Positions 1-14,600 of a DNA stretch of 64,000 bases are shown here, piece after piece. Both the position numbers and the translations under genes were made by a program. Origin of the DNA: Pristiophorus japonicus (Eukaryota). A model generated the notes under the pieces. That model had not been told where the DNA came from. It did no database searches and saw nothing but the letters and a program-made list of their open reading frames with translations. Numbering within the stretch: position 1 is the stretch's first letter; every line of letters starts with the position of its first letter. The DNA is taken from positions 186,001-250,000 of the forward strand of contig NW_027252090.1 in assembly GCF_044704955.1 (NCBI RefSeq), read 5' to 3'.

Positions 1-3000
1 ACTAATCCCACTGCCCCGCTCTCTCCCCTTGGTCCTGTATCAAACTCCAAACTAATCCCACTGCCACACTCCCTCCCCATAGTCCTGTATCAATCCCCAA
101 ACTAATCCCACTGCCCCGCTCTCTCCCCATAGTCCTGTATCAATCCCCAAACTAATCCCACGGCCCTGCTCTCTCCCCATAGTCCTGCATCAATCCCCAA
201 ACTAATCCCACTGCCCCGCTCTCTCCCCATAGTCCTGTATCAGTCCCTAAACTAATCCCACTGTCCCGCTCTCTCCCCATAGTCCTGTAGCAAACCCCAA
301 ACTAATTCCACTGCACCGCTCTCTCCCCTTGGTCCAGTATCAAACCCCAAACTAATCCCACTGCCACACTCTCTCCCTATAGTCCTGTATCAATCTCCAA
401 ACTAATCCCACTGCCCCGCTCTCCCCCCATAGTCCTGTATCAATCTCCAAACTAATCCCACTGCCCCGATCTCTCCCCATAGTGCTGTATCCAACCCCAA
501 ACTAATCACTCTGCCCCGCTCTCTCCCCATAGTCCTGTATCAAACCCCAAACTAATCCCACTGCCCCGTTCTCTCCCCATAGTCCTGTATCAATCCCCAA
601 ACTAATCCCACTGCCCCGCTCTCTCCCCATAGTCCTGTCTCATTCCCCAAACTAATCCCACTGCCCGCTCTCTCCCCATAGTCCTGTATTAATCCCCAAA
701 CTAATCCCACTGCCCCGCTCTCTCCCCATAGTCCTGTATCAATCCCCAAACTAATCCCACTGCCCGCTCTCTCCCTATAGTCCTGTATCAATCTCGAAAC
801 TAATCCCACAGCCCCGCTCTCTCCCCATAGTCCTGTATCAATCCCTTAACTAATCCCACTGCCCCGCTCTCTCCCCATAGTCCTGTGTCAAACCCCAAAC
901 TAATCCCACTGCCCCGCTCTCTCCCCTTGGTCCTGTATCAAACCCCAAACTAATCCCACTGCCCCACTCTCTCCCCAGAGTCCTGTATTAATCTCGAAAC
1001 TTGTCCCACTGCCCAGCTCTCTTCCCATAGTCCTGTATCAATCCCTAAACTAATCCCACTGCCCCGCTCTCTCCCCATAGTCCTGTATCAAACCCCAAAC
1101 TAATCCCACTGCCCCACTCTCTCCCCTTGGTCCTGTATCAAACCCCAAACTAATCCCACTGCCCCATTCGCTCCCCATAGTCCTGTATCAATCCCGAAAC
1201 TAATCCCACTGCCCCACTCTCTCCCCATAGTCCTGTATCAATCTCCAAACTAATCCCACAGCCCCGCTCTCTTCCCTTGGTCCTGTATCAAACCCCAAAC
1301 TAATCCCACTGCTCCACTCTCTCCCCATAGTCCTGTATCAATCTCCAAACTAATCCCTCTGCCCCGAACTCTCCCCATAGTCCTGTATTAATCCCCAAAC
1401 TAATCCCACTGCCCCGCTCTCTCCCCTTGGTCCTGTATCAAACCCCAAACTAATCCCACTGCCCCACTCTCTCCCCATAGTCCTGTATCAATCTCGAAAT
1501 TTGTCCCACTGCCCAGCTCTCTTCCCATAGTCCTGTATCAATCCCTAAACTAATCCCACTGCCCCGCTCTCTCCCCATAGTCCTGTATCAAACCCCAATC
1601 TAATCCCACTGCCCCGCTCTCTCCCCTTGGCCCTGTATCAAACCGCAAACTAATCCCACTGCCCCATTCTCTCCCCATTGTCCTGTATCAATCTCCAAAC
1701 TAATCCCACTGCCCCGCTCTCTCCCCATAGTCCTGTATCAATCTCCAAACAAATCCAACTGCCCCGATCTCTCCCCATAGTGCTGTCTCAAACCTCAATC
1801 TAATCCCACTGCCCCGCTCTCTCCCCATAGTCCTGTATTAATCCCCAAACTAATCCCACTGCCCCGCTCTCTCCCCATAGCCCTGTATCAATCCCCAAAC
1901 TAATCCCACTGCCCCGCTCTCTCCCCATAGTCCTGTATCAATCCCCAAACTAATCCCACTGCCCCGCTCTCTCCTCATAGTCCTGTATCAATCCCCAAAC
2001 TAATCCCACTGCCCCGCTCTCTCCCCATAGTCCTGGATCAATCCCCAAACTAATCCCACTGCCCCGCTATCTCCCCATAGTCCTGTATCAATCCCCAAAC
2101 TAATCCCACGGCCCTGCTCTCTCCCCATAGTCCTGTATCAATCCCCAAACTAATCCCACTGCCCCGCTCTTTCCCCATAGTCCTGTATCAATCTCGAAAC
2201 TAATCCCACTGCCCCGCTCTCTCCCCACTGTCCTGTATCAAACCCCAAACTAATCCCACTGCCCCGCTCTCACCCCTTGGTCATGTATCAAACCCCAAAC
2301 TAATCCCACTGCCACACTCTCTCCTCTTGGTCCTGTATCAAACCCCAAACTAATCCCGCAGCCCCATTCTCTCCCCATTGTCCTGTATCAATCTCCAAAC
2401 CAATCCCACTGCCCCGCTCTCTCCCCATAGTCCTGTATCAATCTCCAAACAAATCCCACTGCCCCGATCTCTCCCCATAGTGCTGTATCAAACCCCAAAC
2501 TAATCCCACTGCCCCGCTCTCTCCCCATAGTCCTGTATTAATCCCAAAACTAATCCCACTGCCCCGCTCTATCCCCATAGCCCTGTATCAATCCCCAAAC
2601 TAATCCCAGTGCCCCGCTCTCTCCCCATAGCCCTGTATCAATCCCCAAACTAATCCCACTGCCCCGCTCTCTCCTCATAGTCCTGTATCAATCCCCAAAC
2701 TAATCCCACTGCCCCGCTCTCTCCCCATAGTCCTGGATCAATCCCCAAACTAATCCCACTGCCCCGCTCTCTACCCATAGTCATGTATCAATCCCCAAAC
2801 TAATCCCACGGCCCTGCTCTCTCCCCATAGTCCTGTATCAATCCCCAAACTAATCCCACTGCCCCGCTCTTTCCCCATAGTCCTGTATTAATCTCGAAAC
2901 TAATCCCACTGCCCCGCTCTCTCCCCACAGTCCTGTTTCAAACGCCAAACTAATCCCACTGCCCCGCTCTCTCCCCTTGGTCCTGTATCAAACCCCAAAC

Positions 3001-6000
3001 TAATCCCACTGCCACACTCCCTCCCCATAGTCCTGTATCAATCCCCAAACTAATCCCACTGCCCCGCTCTCTCCCCATAGTCCTGTATCAATCACCAAAC
3101 TAATCCCACGGCCCTGCTCTCTCCCCATAGTCCTGCATCAATCCCCAAACTAATCCCACTGCCCCGCTCTCTCCCCATAGTCCTGTATCAGTCCCGAAAC
3201 TAATCCCACTGTCCCGCTCTCTCCCCATAGTCCTGTAGCAAACCCCAAACTAATCCCACTGCACCGCTCTCTCCCCTTGGTCCAGTATCAAACCCCAAAC
3301 TAATCCCACTGCCACACTCTCTCCCTATAGTCCTGTATCAATCTCCAAACTAATCCCACTGCCCCGCTCTCCCCCCATAGTCCTGTATCAATCTCCAAAC
3401 TAATCCCACTGCCCCGATCTCTCCCCATAGTGCTGTATCCAACCCCAAACTAATCACTCTGCCCCGCACTCTCCCCATAGTCCTGTATCAAACCCCAAAC
3501 TAATCCCACTGCCCCGTTCTCTCCCCATAGTCCTGTATCAATCCCCAAGCTAATCCCACTGCCCCGCTCTCTCCCCATAGTCCTGTCTCATTCCCCAAAC
3601 TAATCCCACTGCCCGCTCTCTCCCCATAGTCCTGTATTAATCCCCAAACTAATCCCACTGCCCCGCTCTCTCCCCATAGTCCTGTATCAATCCCAAAACT
3701 AATCCCACTGCCCCGCTCTCTCCCTATAGTCCTGTATCAAACCCCAAACTAATCCCACTGCCCCGCTCTCTCCCCTTGGTCCTGTATCAAACCCCAAACT
3801 AATCCCACTGCCCCACTCTCTCCCCAGAGTCCTGTATTAATCTCGAAACTTGTCCCACTGCCCAGCTCTCTTCCCATAGTCCTGTATCAATCCCTAAACT
3901 AATCCCACTGCCCCGCTCTCTCCCCATAGTCCTGTATCAAACCCCAAACTAATCCCACTGCCCCACTCTCTTCCCTTGGTCCTGTATCAAACCCCAAACT
4001 AATCCCACTGCCCCATTCGCTCCCCATAGTCCTGTATCAATCCCGAAACTAATCCCACTGCCCCTCTCTCTCCCCATAGTCCTGTATCAATCTCCAAACT
4101 AATCCCACTGCCCCGCTCTCTTCCCTTGGTCCTGTATCAAACCCCAAACTAATCCCACTGCTCCACTTTCTCCCCATAGTCCTGTATCAATCTCCAAACT
4201 AATCCCTCTGCCCCGAACTCTCCCCATCGTCCTGTATTAATCCCCAAACTAATCCCACTGCCCCGCTCTCTCCCCTTGGTCCTGTATCAAACCCCAAACT
4301 AATCCCACTGCCCCACTCTCTCCCCATAGTCCTGTATCAATCTCGAAATTTGTCCCACTGCCCAGCTCTCTTCCCATAGTCCTGTATCAATCCCTAAACT
4401 AATCCCACTGCCCCGCTCTCTCCCCATAGTCCTGTATCAAACCCCAATCTAATCCCACTGCCCCGCTCTCTCCCCTTGGCCCTGTATCAAACCCCAAACT
4501 AATCCCACTGCCCCATTCTCTCCCCATTGTCCTGTATCAATCTCCAAACTAATCCCACTGCCCCGCTCTCTCCCCATAGTCCTGTATCAATCTCCAAACA
4601 AATCCAACTGCCCCGATCACTCCCCATAGTGCTGTCTCAAACCTCAATCTAATCCCACTGCCCCGCTCTCTCCCCATAGTCCTGTATTAATCCCCAAACT
4701 AATCCCACTGCCGCGCTCTCTCCCCATAGCCCTGTATCAATCCCCAAACTAATCCCACTGCCCCGCTCTCTCCCCATAGTCCTGTATCAATCCCCAAACT
4801 AATCCCACTGCCCCGCTCTCTCCTCATAGTCCTGTATCAATCCCCAAACTAATCCCACTGCCCCGCTCTCTCCCCATAGTCCTGGATCAATCCCCAAACT
4901 AATCCCACTGCCCCGCTCTCCCCCCATAGTCCTGTATCAATCTCCAAACTAATCCCACTGCCCCGATCTCTCCCCATAGTGCTGTATCCAACCCCAAACT
5001 AATCACTCTGCCCCGCACTCTCCCCATAGTCCTGTATCAAACCCCAAACTAATCCCACTGCCCCGTTCTCTCCCCATAGTCCTGTATCAATCCCCAAGCT
5101 AATCCCACTGCCCCGCTCTCTCCCCATAGTCCTGTCTCATTCCCCAAACTAATCCCACTGCCCGCTCTCTCCCCATAGTCCTGTATTAATCCCCAAACTA
5201 ATCCCACTGCCCCGCTCTCTCCCCATAGTCCTGTATCAATCCCAAAACTAATCCCACTGCCCCGCTCTCTCCCTATAGTCCTGTATCAAACCCCAAACTA
5301 ATCCCACTGCCCCGCTCTCTCCCCTTGGTCCTGTATCAAACCCCAAACTAATCCCACTGCCCCACTCTCTCCCCAGAGTCCTGTATTAATCTCGAAACTT
5401 GTCCCACTGCCCAGCTCTCTTCCCATAGTCCTGTATCAATCCCTAAACTAATCCCACTGCCCCGCTCTCTCCCCATAGTCCTGTATCAAACCCCAAACTA
5501 ATCCCACTGCCCCACTCTCTTCCCTTGGTCCTGTATCAAACCCCAAACTAATCCCACTGCCCCATTCGCTCCCCATAGTCCTGTATCAATCCCGAAACTA
5601 ATCCCACTGCCCCTCTCTCTCCCCATAGTCCTGTATCAATCTCCAAACTAATCCCACTGCCCCGCTCTCTTCCCTTGGTCCTGTATCAAACCCCAAACTA
5701 ATCCCACTGCTCCACTTTCTCCCCATAGTCCTGTATCAATCTCCAAACTAATCCCTCTGCCCCGAACTCTCCCCATCGTCCTGTATTAATCCCCAAACTA
5801 ATCCCACTGCCCCGCTCTCTCCCCTTGGTCCTGTATCAAACCCCAAACTAATCCCACTGCCCCACTCTCTCCCCATAGTCCTGTATCAATCTCGAAATTT
5901 GTCCCACTGCCCAGCTCTCTTCCCATAGTCCTGTATCAATCCCTAAACTAATCCCACTGCCCCGCTCTCTCCCCATAGTCCTGTATCAAACCCCAATCTA

Positions 6001-9000
6001 ATCCCACTGCCCCGCTCTCTCCCCTTGGCCCTGTATCAAACCCCAAACTAATCCCACTGCCCCATTCTCTCCCCATTGTCCTGTATCAATCTCCAAACTA
6101 ATCCCACTGCCCCGCTCTCTCCCCATAGTCCTGTATCAATCTCCAAACAAATCCAACTGCCCCGATCACTCCCCATAGTGCTGTCTCAAACCTCAATCTA
6201 ATCCCACTGCCCCGCTCTCTCCCCATAGTCCTGTATTAATCCCCAAACTAATCCCACTGCCGCGCTCTCTCCCCATAGCCCTGTATCAATCCCCAAACTA
6301 ATCCCACTGCCCCGCTCTCTCCCCATAGTCCTGTATCAATCCCCAAACTAATCCCACTGCCCCGCTCTCTCCTCATAGTCCTGTATCAATCCCCAAACTA
6401 ATCCCACTGCCCCGCTCTCTCCCCATAGTCCTGGATCAATCCCCAAACTAATCCCACGGCCCCGCTCTCTCCCCATAGTCCTGTATCAATCCCCAAACTA
6501 ATCCCACGGCCCTGCTCTCTCCCCATAGTCCTGTATCAATCCCCAAACTAATCCCACTGCCCCGCTCTTTCCCCATAGTCCTGTATCAATCTCGAAACTA
6601 ATCCCACTGCCCCGCTCTCTCCCCACAGTCCTGTATCAAACCCCAAACTAATCCCACTGCCCCGCTCTCACCCCTTGGTCCTGTATCAAACCCCAAACTA
6701 ATCCCACTGCCACACTCTCTCCTCTTGGTCCTGTATCAAACCCCAAACTAATCCCGCAGCCCCACTATCTCCCCATAGTCCTGGATCAATCCCCAAACTA
6801 ATCCCACTGCCCCGCTCTCTCCCCATAGTCCTGTATCAATCTCCAAACTAATCCTACGGCCCTGATCTCTCCCCATAGTCCTGTATCAATCCCCACACTA
6901 ATCCCACTGCCCCGCTCTATCCCCATAGTCCTGTATCAATCCCCAAACTAATCCCACTGCCTCTTTCTCTCCCCATAGTCCTGTATCAATCTCCAAACTA
7001 ATCCCACTGCCCCGCTCTCTTCCCTTGGTCCTGTATCAAACCCCAAACTAATCCCAGTGCTCCACTCTCTCCCTATAGTCCTGTATCAATCTCCACACTA
7101 ATCCCTCTGCCCCGATCTCTCCCCATAGTCCTGTATTAATCCCCAAACTAATCCCACTGCCCCGCTCTCTCCCCTTGGTCCTGTATCAAACCCCAAACTA
7201 ATCCCACTGCCCCACTCTCTCCCCATAGTCCTGCATCAATCTCGAAATTTGTCCCACTGCCCAGCTCTCTTCCCACAGTCCTGTATCAATCCCTAAACTA
7301 ATCCCACTGCACCGGTCTCTCCCCATAGTCCTGTATCAAACCCCAATCTAATCCCACTGCCCCGCTCTCTCCCATTGGCCATGTATCAAACCCCAAACTA
7401 ATCCCACTGCCCCATTCTCTCCCCATTGTCCTGTATCAATCTCCAAACTAATCCCACTTCCCCGCTCTCTCCCCATAGTCCTGTATCAATCTCCAAACAA
7501 ATCCCACTGCCCCGATCTCTCCCCATAGTGCTGTATCAAACCCCAAACTAATCCCACTGCCCCGCTCTCTCCCCATAGTCCTGTATTAATCCCAAAACTA
7601 ATCCCACTGCCCCGCTCTCTCCTCATAGCCCTGTTTCAATCCCCAAACTAATCCCACTGCCCCGCTCTCTCCCCATAGTGCTGTATCAATCCCCAAACTA
7701 ATCCCACTGCCCCGCTCTCTCCCCATAGTCCTGGATCAATCCCCAAACTAATCCCACTGCCCCGCTCTCTCCCCATAGTCATGTATCAATCCCCAAACTA
7801 ATCCCACGGCCCTGCTCTCTCCCCATAGTCCTGTATCAATCCCCAAACTAATCCCACTGCCCCGCTCTTTCCCCATAGTCCTGTATCAATCTCGAAACTA
7901 ATCCCACTGCCCCGCTCTCTCCCCACAGTCCTGTTTCAAACGCCAAACTAATCCCACTGCCCCGCTCTCTCCCCTTGGTCCTGTATCAAACCCCAAACTA
8001 ATCCCACTGCCACACTCCCTCCCCATCGTCCTGTATCAATCCCCAAACTAATCCCACTGCCCCGCTCTCTCCCCATAGTCCTGTATCAATCCCCAAACTA
8101 ATCCCACGGCCCTGCTCTCTCCCCATAGTCCTGCATCAATCCCCAAACTAATCCCACTGCCCCGCTCTCTCCCCATAGTCCTGTATCAGTCCCTAAACTA
8201 ATCCCACTGTCCCGCTCTCTCCCCATAGTCCTGTTGCAAACCCCAAACTAATCCCACTGCACCGCTCTCTCCCCTTGGTCCTGTATCAAACCCCAAACTA
8301 ATCCCACTGCCACACTCTCTCCCTATAGTCCTGTATCAATCTCCAAACTAATCCCACTGCCCCGCTCTCCCCCCATAGTCCTGTATCAATCTCCAAACTA
8401 ATCCCACTGCCCCGATCTCTCACCATAGTGCTGTATCCAACCCCAAACTAATCACTCTGCCCCGCTCTATCCCCATAGTCCTGTATCAAACCCCAAACTA
8501 ATCCCACTGCCCCGTTCTCTCCCCATAGTCCTGTATCAATCCCCAAACTAATCCCACTGCCCCGCTCTCTCCCCATAGTCCTGTATCATTCCCCAAACTA
8601 ATCCCACTGCCCCGCTCTCTCCCCATAGTCCTGTATCAATCCCCAAACTAATCCCACTGCCCCGCTCTCTCCCCATAGTCCTGTATCAATCCCCAAACTA
8701 ATCCCAATGCCCCGCTCTCTCCCTATAGTCCTGTATCAATCTCGAAACTAATCCCACAGCCCCGCTCTCTCCCCATAGTCCTGTATCAATCCCTTAACTA
8801 ATCCCACTGCCCCGCTCTCTCCCCATAGTCCTGTATCAAACCCCAAACTAATCCCACTGCCCCGCTCTCTCCCCTTGGTCCTGTATCAAACCCCAAACTA
8901 ATCCCACTGCCCCGCTCTCTCCCCAGAGTCCTGTATTAATCTCGAAACTTGTCCCACTGCCCAGCTCTCTTCCCATAGTCCTGTATCAATCCCTAAACTA

Positions 9001-12000
9001 ATCCCACTGCCCCGCTCTCTCCCCATAGTCCTGTATCAATCCCTAAACTAATCCCACTGCCCCGCTCTCTACCCATAGTCCTGTATCAAACCCCAAACTA
9101 ATCACACTGCCCCGCTCTCTCCCCTTGGTCCTGTATCAAACCCCAAACTAATCCCACTGCTCCACTCTCTCCCCATAGTCCTGTATCAATCTCCAAACTA
9201 ATCCCTCTGCCCCGCTCTCTCCCCATAGTCCTGTATTAATCCCCAAACTAATCCCACTGCCCCACTCTCTCCCCTTGGTCCTGTATCAAACCCCAAACTA
9301 ATCCCACTGCCCCACTCTCTCCCCATAGTCCTGTATCAATCTCGTAATTTGTCCCACTGCCCAGCTATCTTCCCATAGTCCTGTATCAATCCCAAAACTA
9401 ATCCCACTGCCCCGCTCTCTCCCCATAGTTCTGTGTCAAACCCCAAACTAATCCCACTGCCCCGCTCTCTCCCCTTGGTCCTGTATCAAACCCCAAACTA
9501 ATCCCACTGCCCCATTCTCTCCCCATTGTCCTGTATCAATCTCCAAACTGATCCCACTGCCCCGCTCTCTCCCCATAGTCCTGTATCAATCTCCAAACAA
9601 ATCCCACTGCCCCGATCTCTCCCCATAGTGCTGTATCAAACCCCAAACTAATCGCACTGCCCCGCTCTCTCCCCATAGTCCTGTATTAATCCCCAAACTA
9701 ATCCCACTGCCTCGCTCTCTCCCCATAGCCCGGTATTAATACCCAAACTAATCCCACTGCCCCGCTCTCTCCCCATTGTCCTGTATCAATCCTCAAACTA
9801 ATCCCACTGCCCCGCTCTCTCCTCATAGTCCTGTATCAATCCCCAAACTAATCCCACTGCCCCGCTCTCTCCCCATAGTCCTGGATCAATCCCCAAACTA
9901 ATCCCACTGCCCCGCTCTCTCCCCATAATCCTGTATCAATCCCCAAACTAATCCCACGGCCCTGCTCTCTCCCCATAGTCCTGTATCAAACCCCAAACTA
10001 ATCCCACTAACCCGCTCTTTCCCCATAGTCCTGTATCAATCTCGAAACTAATCCCACTGCCCCGCTCTCTCCCCACAGTCCTGTATCAACCCCCAAACTA
10101 ATCCCACTGCCCCGCTCTCTCCCCTTGGTCCTGTATCAAACCCCAAACTAATCCCACTGCTACACTCTCTCCCCATAGTCCTGTATCAATCCCCAAACTA
10201 ATCCCACTGCCCCGCTCTCTCCCCATAGTCCTGTATCAATCCCCAAACTAATCCCACTGCCCCGCTCTCTCCCCATAGTCCTGTATCAATCCCCAAACTA
10301 ATCCCACGGCCCTGCTCTCTCCCCATAGTCCTGCATCAATCCCCAAACTAATCCCACTGCCCCGCTCTCTCCCCATAGTCCTGTATCAGTCCCTAAACTA
10401 ATCCCACTGTCCCGCTCTCTCCCCATAGTCCTGTAGCAAACCCCAAACTAATCCCACTGCACCGCTCTCTCCCCTTGGTCCTGTATCAAACCCCAAACTA
10501 ATCCCAATGCCCTACTCTCTCCCTATAGTCCTGTATCAATCCCCAAACTAATCCCACTGCCCCGCTCTCACCCCATAGTCCTGTATCAATCTCCAAACTA
10601 ATCCCACTGCCCCGATCTCTCCCCATAGTGCTGTATCCAACCCCAAACTAATCACTCTGCCCCGCTCTCTCCCCATAGTCCTGTATCAAACCCCAAACTA
10701 ATCCCACTGCCCCGTTCTCTCCCCATAGTCCTGTATCAATCCCCAAACTAATCCCACTGCCCCGCTCTCTCCCCATAGTCCTGTATCATTCCCCAAACTA
10801 ATCCCACTGCCCCGCTCTCTCCCCATAGTCCTGTATCAATCTCCAAACAAATCCCACTGCCCCGATCTCTCCCCATAGTGCTGTATCAAACCCCAAACTA
10901 ATCCCACTGCCCCGCTCTCTCCCCATAGTCCTGTATCAATCCCCAAACTAATCCCACTGCCCCGCTCTCTCCCTATAGTCCTGTATCAATCTCGAAACTA
11001 ATCCCACAGCCCCGCTCTCTCCCCATAGTCCTGTATCAATCCCTTAACTAATCCCACTGCCCCGCTCTCTCCCCATAGTCCTGTATCAAACCCCAAACTA
11101 ATCCCACTGCCCCGCTCTCTCCCCTTGGTCCTGTATCAAACCCCAAACTAATCCCACTGCCCCGCTCTCTCCCCAGAGTCCTGTATTAATCTCGAAACTT
11201 GTCCCACTGCCCAGCTCTCTTCCCATAGTCCTGTATCAATCCCTAAACTAATCCCACTGCCCCGCTCTCTCCCCATAGTCCTGTATCAATCCCTAAACTA
11301 ATCCCACTGCCCCGCTCTCTACCCATAGTCCTGTATCAAACCCCAAACTAATCACACTGCCCCGCTCTCTCCCCTTGGTCCTGTATCAAACCCCAAACTA
11401 ATCCCACTGCTCCACTCTCTCCCCATAGTCCTGTATCAATCTCCAAACTAATCCCTCTGCCCCGCTCTCTCCCCATAGTCCTGTATTAATCCCCAAACTA
11501 ATCCCACTGCCCCACTCTCTCCCCTTGGTCCTGTATCAAACCCCAAACTAATCCCACTGCCCCACTCTCTCCCCATAGTCCTGTATCAATCTCGTAATTT
11601 GTCCCACTGCCCAGCTATCTTCCCATAGTCCTGTATCAATCCCAAAACTAATCCCACTGCCCCGCTCTCTCCCCATAGTTCTGTGTCAAACCCCAAACTA
11701 ATCCCACTGCCCCGCTCTCTCCCCTTGGTCCTGTATCAAACCCCAAACTAATCCCACTGCCCCATTCTCTCCCCATTGTCCTGTATCAATCTCCAAACTG
11801 ATCCCACTGCCCCGCTCTCTCCCCATAGTCCTGTATCAATCTCCAAACAAATCCCACTGCCCCGATCTCTCCCCATAGTGCTGTATCAAACCCCAAACTA
11901 ATCGCACTGCCCCGCTCTCTCCCCATAGTCCTGTATTAATCCCCAAACTAATCCCACTGCCTCGCTCTCTCCCCATAGCCCGGTATTAATACCCAAACTA

Positions 12001-14600
12001 ATCCCACTGCCCCGCTCTCTCCCCATTGTCCTGTATCAATCCTCAAACTAATCCCACTGCCCCGCTCTCTCCTCATAGTCCTGTATCAATCCCCAAACTA
12101 ATCCCACTGCCCCGCTCTCTCCCCATAGTCCTGGATCAATCCCCAAACTAATCCCACTGCCCCGCTCTCTCCCCATAATCCTGTATCAATCCCCAAACTA
12201 ATCCCACGGCCCTGCTCTCTCCCCATAGTCCTGTATCAAACCCCAAACTAATCCCACTAACCCGCTCTTTCCCCATAGTCCTGTATCAATCTCGAAACTA
12301 ATCCCACTGCCCCGCTCTCTCCCCACAGTCCTGTATCAACCCCCAAACTAATCCCACTGCCCCGCTCTCTCCCCTTGGTCCTGTATCAAACCCCAAACTA
12401 ATCCCACTGCTACACTCTCTCCCCATAGTCCTGTATCAATCCCCAAACTAATCCCACTGCCCCGCTCTCTCCCCATAGTCCTGTATCAATCCCCAAACTA
12501 ATCCCACTGCCCCGCTCTCTCCCCATAGTCCTGTATCAATCCCCAAACTAATCCCACGGCCCTGCTCTCTCCCCATAGTCCTGCATCAATCCCCAAACTA
12601 ATCCCACTGCCCCGCTCTCTCCCCATAGTCCTGTATCAGTCCCTAAACTAATCCCACTGTCCCGCTCTCTCCCCATAGTCCTGTAGCAAACCCCAAACTA
12701 ATCCCACTGCACCGCTCTCTCCCCTTGGTCCTGTATCAAACCCCAAACTAATCCCAATGCCCTACTCTCTCCCTATAGTCCTGTATCAATCTCCAAACTA
12801 ATCCCACTGCCCCGCTCTCACCCCATAGTCCTGTATCAATCTCCAAACTAATCCCACTGCCCCGATCTCTCCCCATAGTGCTGTATCCAACCCCAAACTA
12901 ATCACTCTGCCCCGCTCTCTCCCCATAGTCCTGTATCAAACCCCAAACTAATCCCACTGCCCCGTTCTCTCCCCATAGTCCTGTATCAATCCCCAAACTA
13001 ATCCCACTGCCCCGCTCTCTCCCCATAGTCCTGTATCATTCCCCAAACTAATCCCACTGCCCCGCTCTCTCCCCATAGTCCTGTATCAATCTCCAAACAA
13101 ATCCCACTGCCCCGATCTCTCCCCATAGTGCTGTATCAAACCCCAAACTAATCCCACTGCCCCGCTCTCTCCCCATAGTCCTGTATTAATCCCCAAACGA
13201 ATCCCACTGCCACGCTCTCTCCCCATAGCCCAGTATCAATCCCCAAACTAATCCCACTGCCCCGCTCTCTCCCCATAGACCTGTATCAATCCCCAAACTA
13301 ATCCTACTGCCCCGCTCTCTCCCCATCGTCCTGTATCAATCCCCAAACTAATCCCACTGCTCCGCTCTCTCACCATAATCTTGTATCAATCCCCAAACTA
13401 ATCCCACTGCCCCGCTCTCTCCCCATAGTCCTGTATCAATCCCCAAACTAATCCCACTGCCCCGCTCTCTCCCCATAGTCCTGTATCAATCCTCAAACTA
13501 ATCCCACTGCCCCGCTCTCTCCCCATAGTCCTGTATCAATCCCCAAACTAATCCCACTGCCCCGCTCTCTCCCCATAGTCCTGTATCATTCCCCAAGGTA
13601 ATCCCACTGCCCCGCTCTCTCCCCATAGTCCTGTATCAATCTCCAAACAAATCCCACTGCCCCGATCGCTCCCCATAGTGCTGTATCAAACCCCAAACTA
13701 ATCCCACTGCCCCGCTCTCTCCCCATAGTCCTGTATTAATCCCCAAACTAATCCCACTGCCACGCTCTCTCCCCATAGCCCAGTATCAATCCCCAAACTA
13801 ATCCCACTGCCCCGCTCTCTCCCCATAGACCTGTATCAATCCCCAAACTAATCCTACTGCCCCGCTCTCTCCCCATCGTCCTGTATCAATCCCCAAACTA
13901 ATCCCACTGCCCCGCTCTCTCCCCATAGCCCTGTAAAAATCCCCAAACTAATCCCACTGCCCCGCTCTCTCCCCATCGTCCTGTATCAATCCCCAAACTA
14001 ATCCCACTGCCCCGCTCTCTCCCCATAGCCCTGTAAAAATCCCCAAACTAATCCCACTGCCCCGCTCTCTCCCCATCGTCCTGTATCAATCCCCAAACTA
14101 ATCCCACTGCCCCGCTCTCTCCCCATAGTCCTGTATCAATCCCCAAAATAATCCTACTGCCCCGCTCTCTCCCCATAGTCCTGTATCAATCCCCAAACTA
14201 ATCCCACTGCCCCGCTCTCTCCCCATCGTCCTGTATCAATCCCCAAACTAATCCCACTGCCCCGATCTCTCCCCATAGTCCTGTATCAATCCCCAAACTA
14301 ATCCCACTGCCCCGCTCTCTCCCCATAGTCCTGTATCAATCCCCAAACTAATCCCACTGCTCCGCTCTCTCAACATAATCCTGTATCAATCCCCAAACTA
14401 ATCCCACTGCCCCGCTCTCTCCCCATAGTCCTGTATCAATCCCCAAACTAATCCCACTGCCCCGATCTCTCCCCTGATAGTCCTGTATCAATCCTCAAAC
14501 TAATCCCACTGCCCCGCTCTCTCCCCATAGTCCTGTATCAATCCCCAAACTAATCCCACTGCCCCGCTCTCTCCCCATAGTCCTGTATCAATCCCCAAAC
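1..14600. repeat. 50-bp tandem satellite (~290 monomers), running off the left edge of the window
   Basis: Unit ACTAATCCCACTGCCCCGCTCTCTCCCCATAGTCCTGTATCAATCCCCAA repeats continuously; diagnostic variant monomers recur in the same order. Confidence 0.98.

Noticed and set aside
1-14600. CRISPR array
   Set aside because: Monomers are head-to-tail with no unique spacers; vertebrate context and no cas genes
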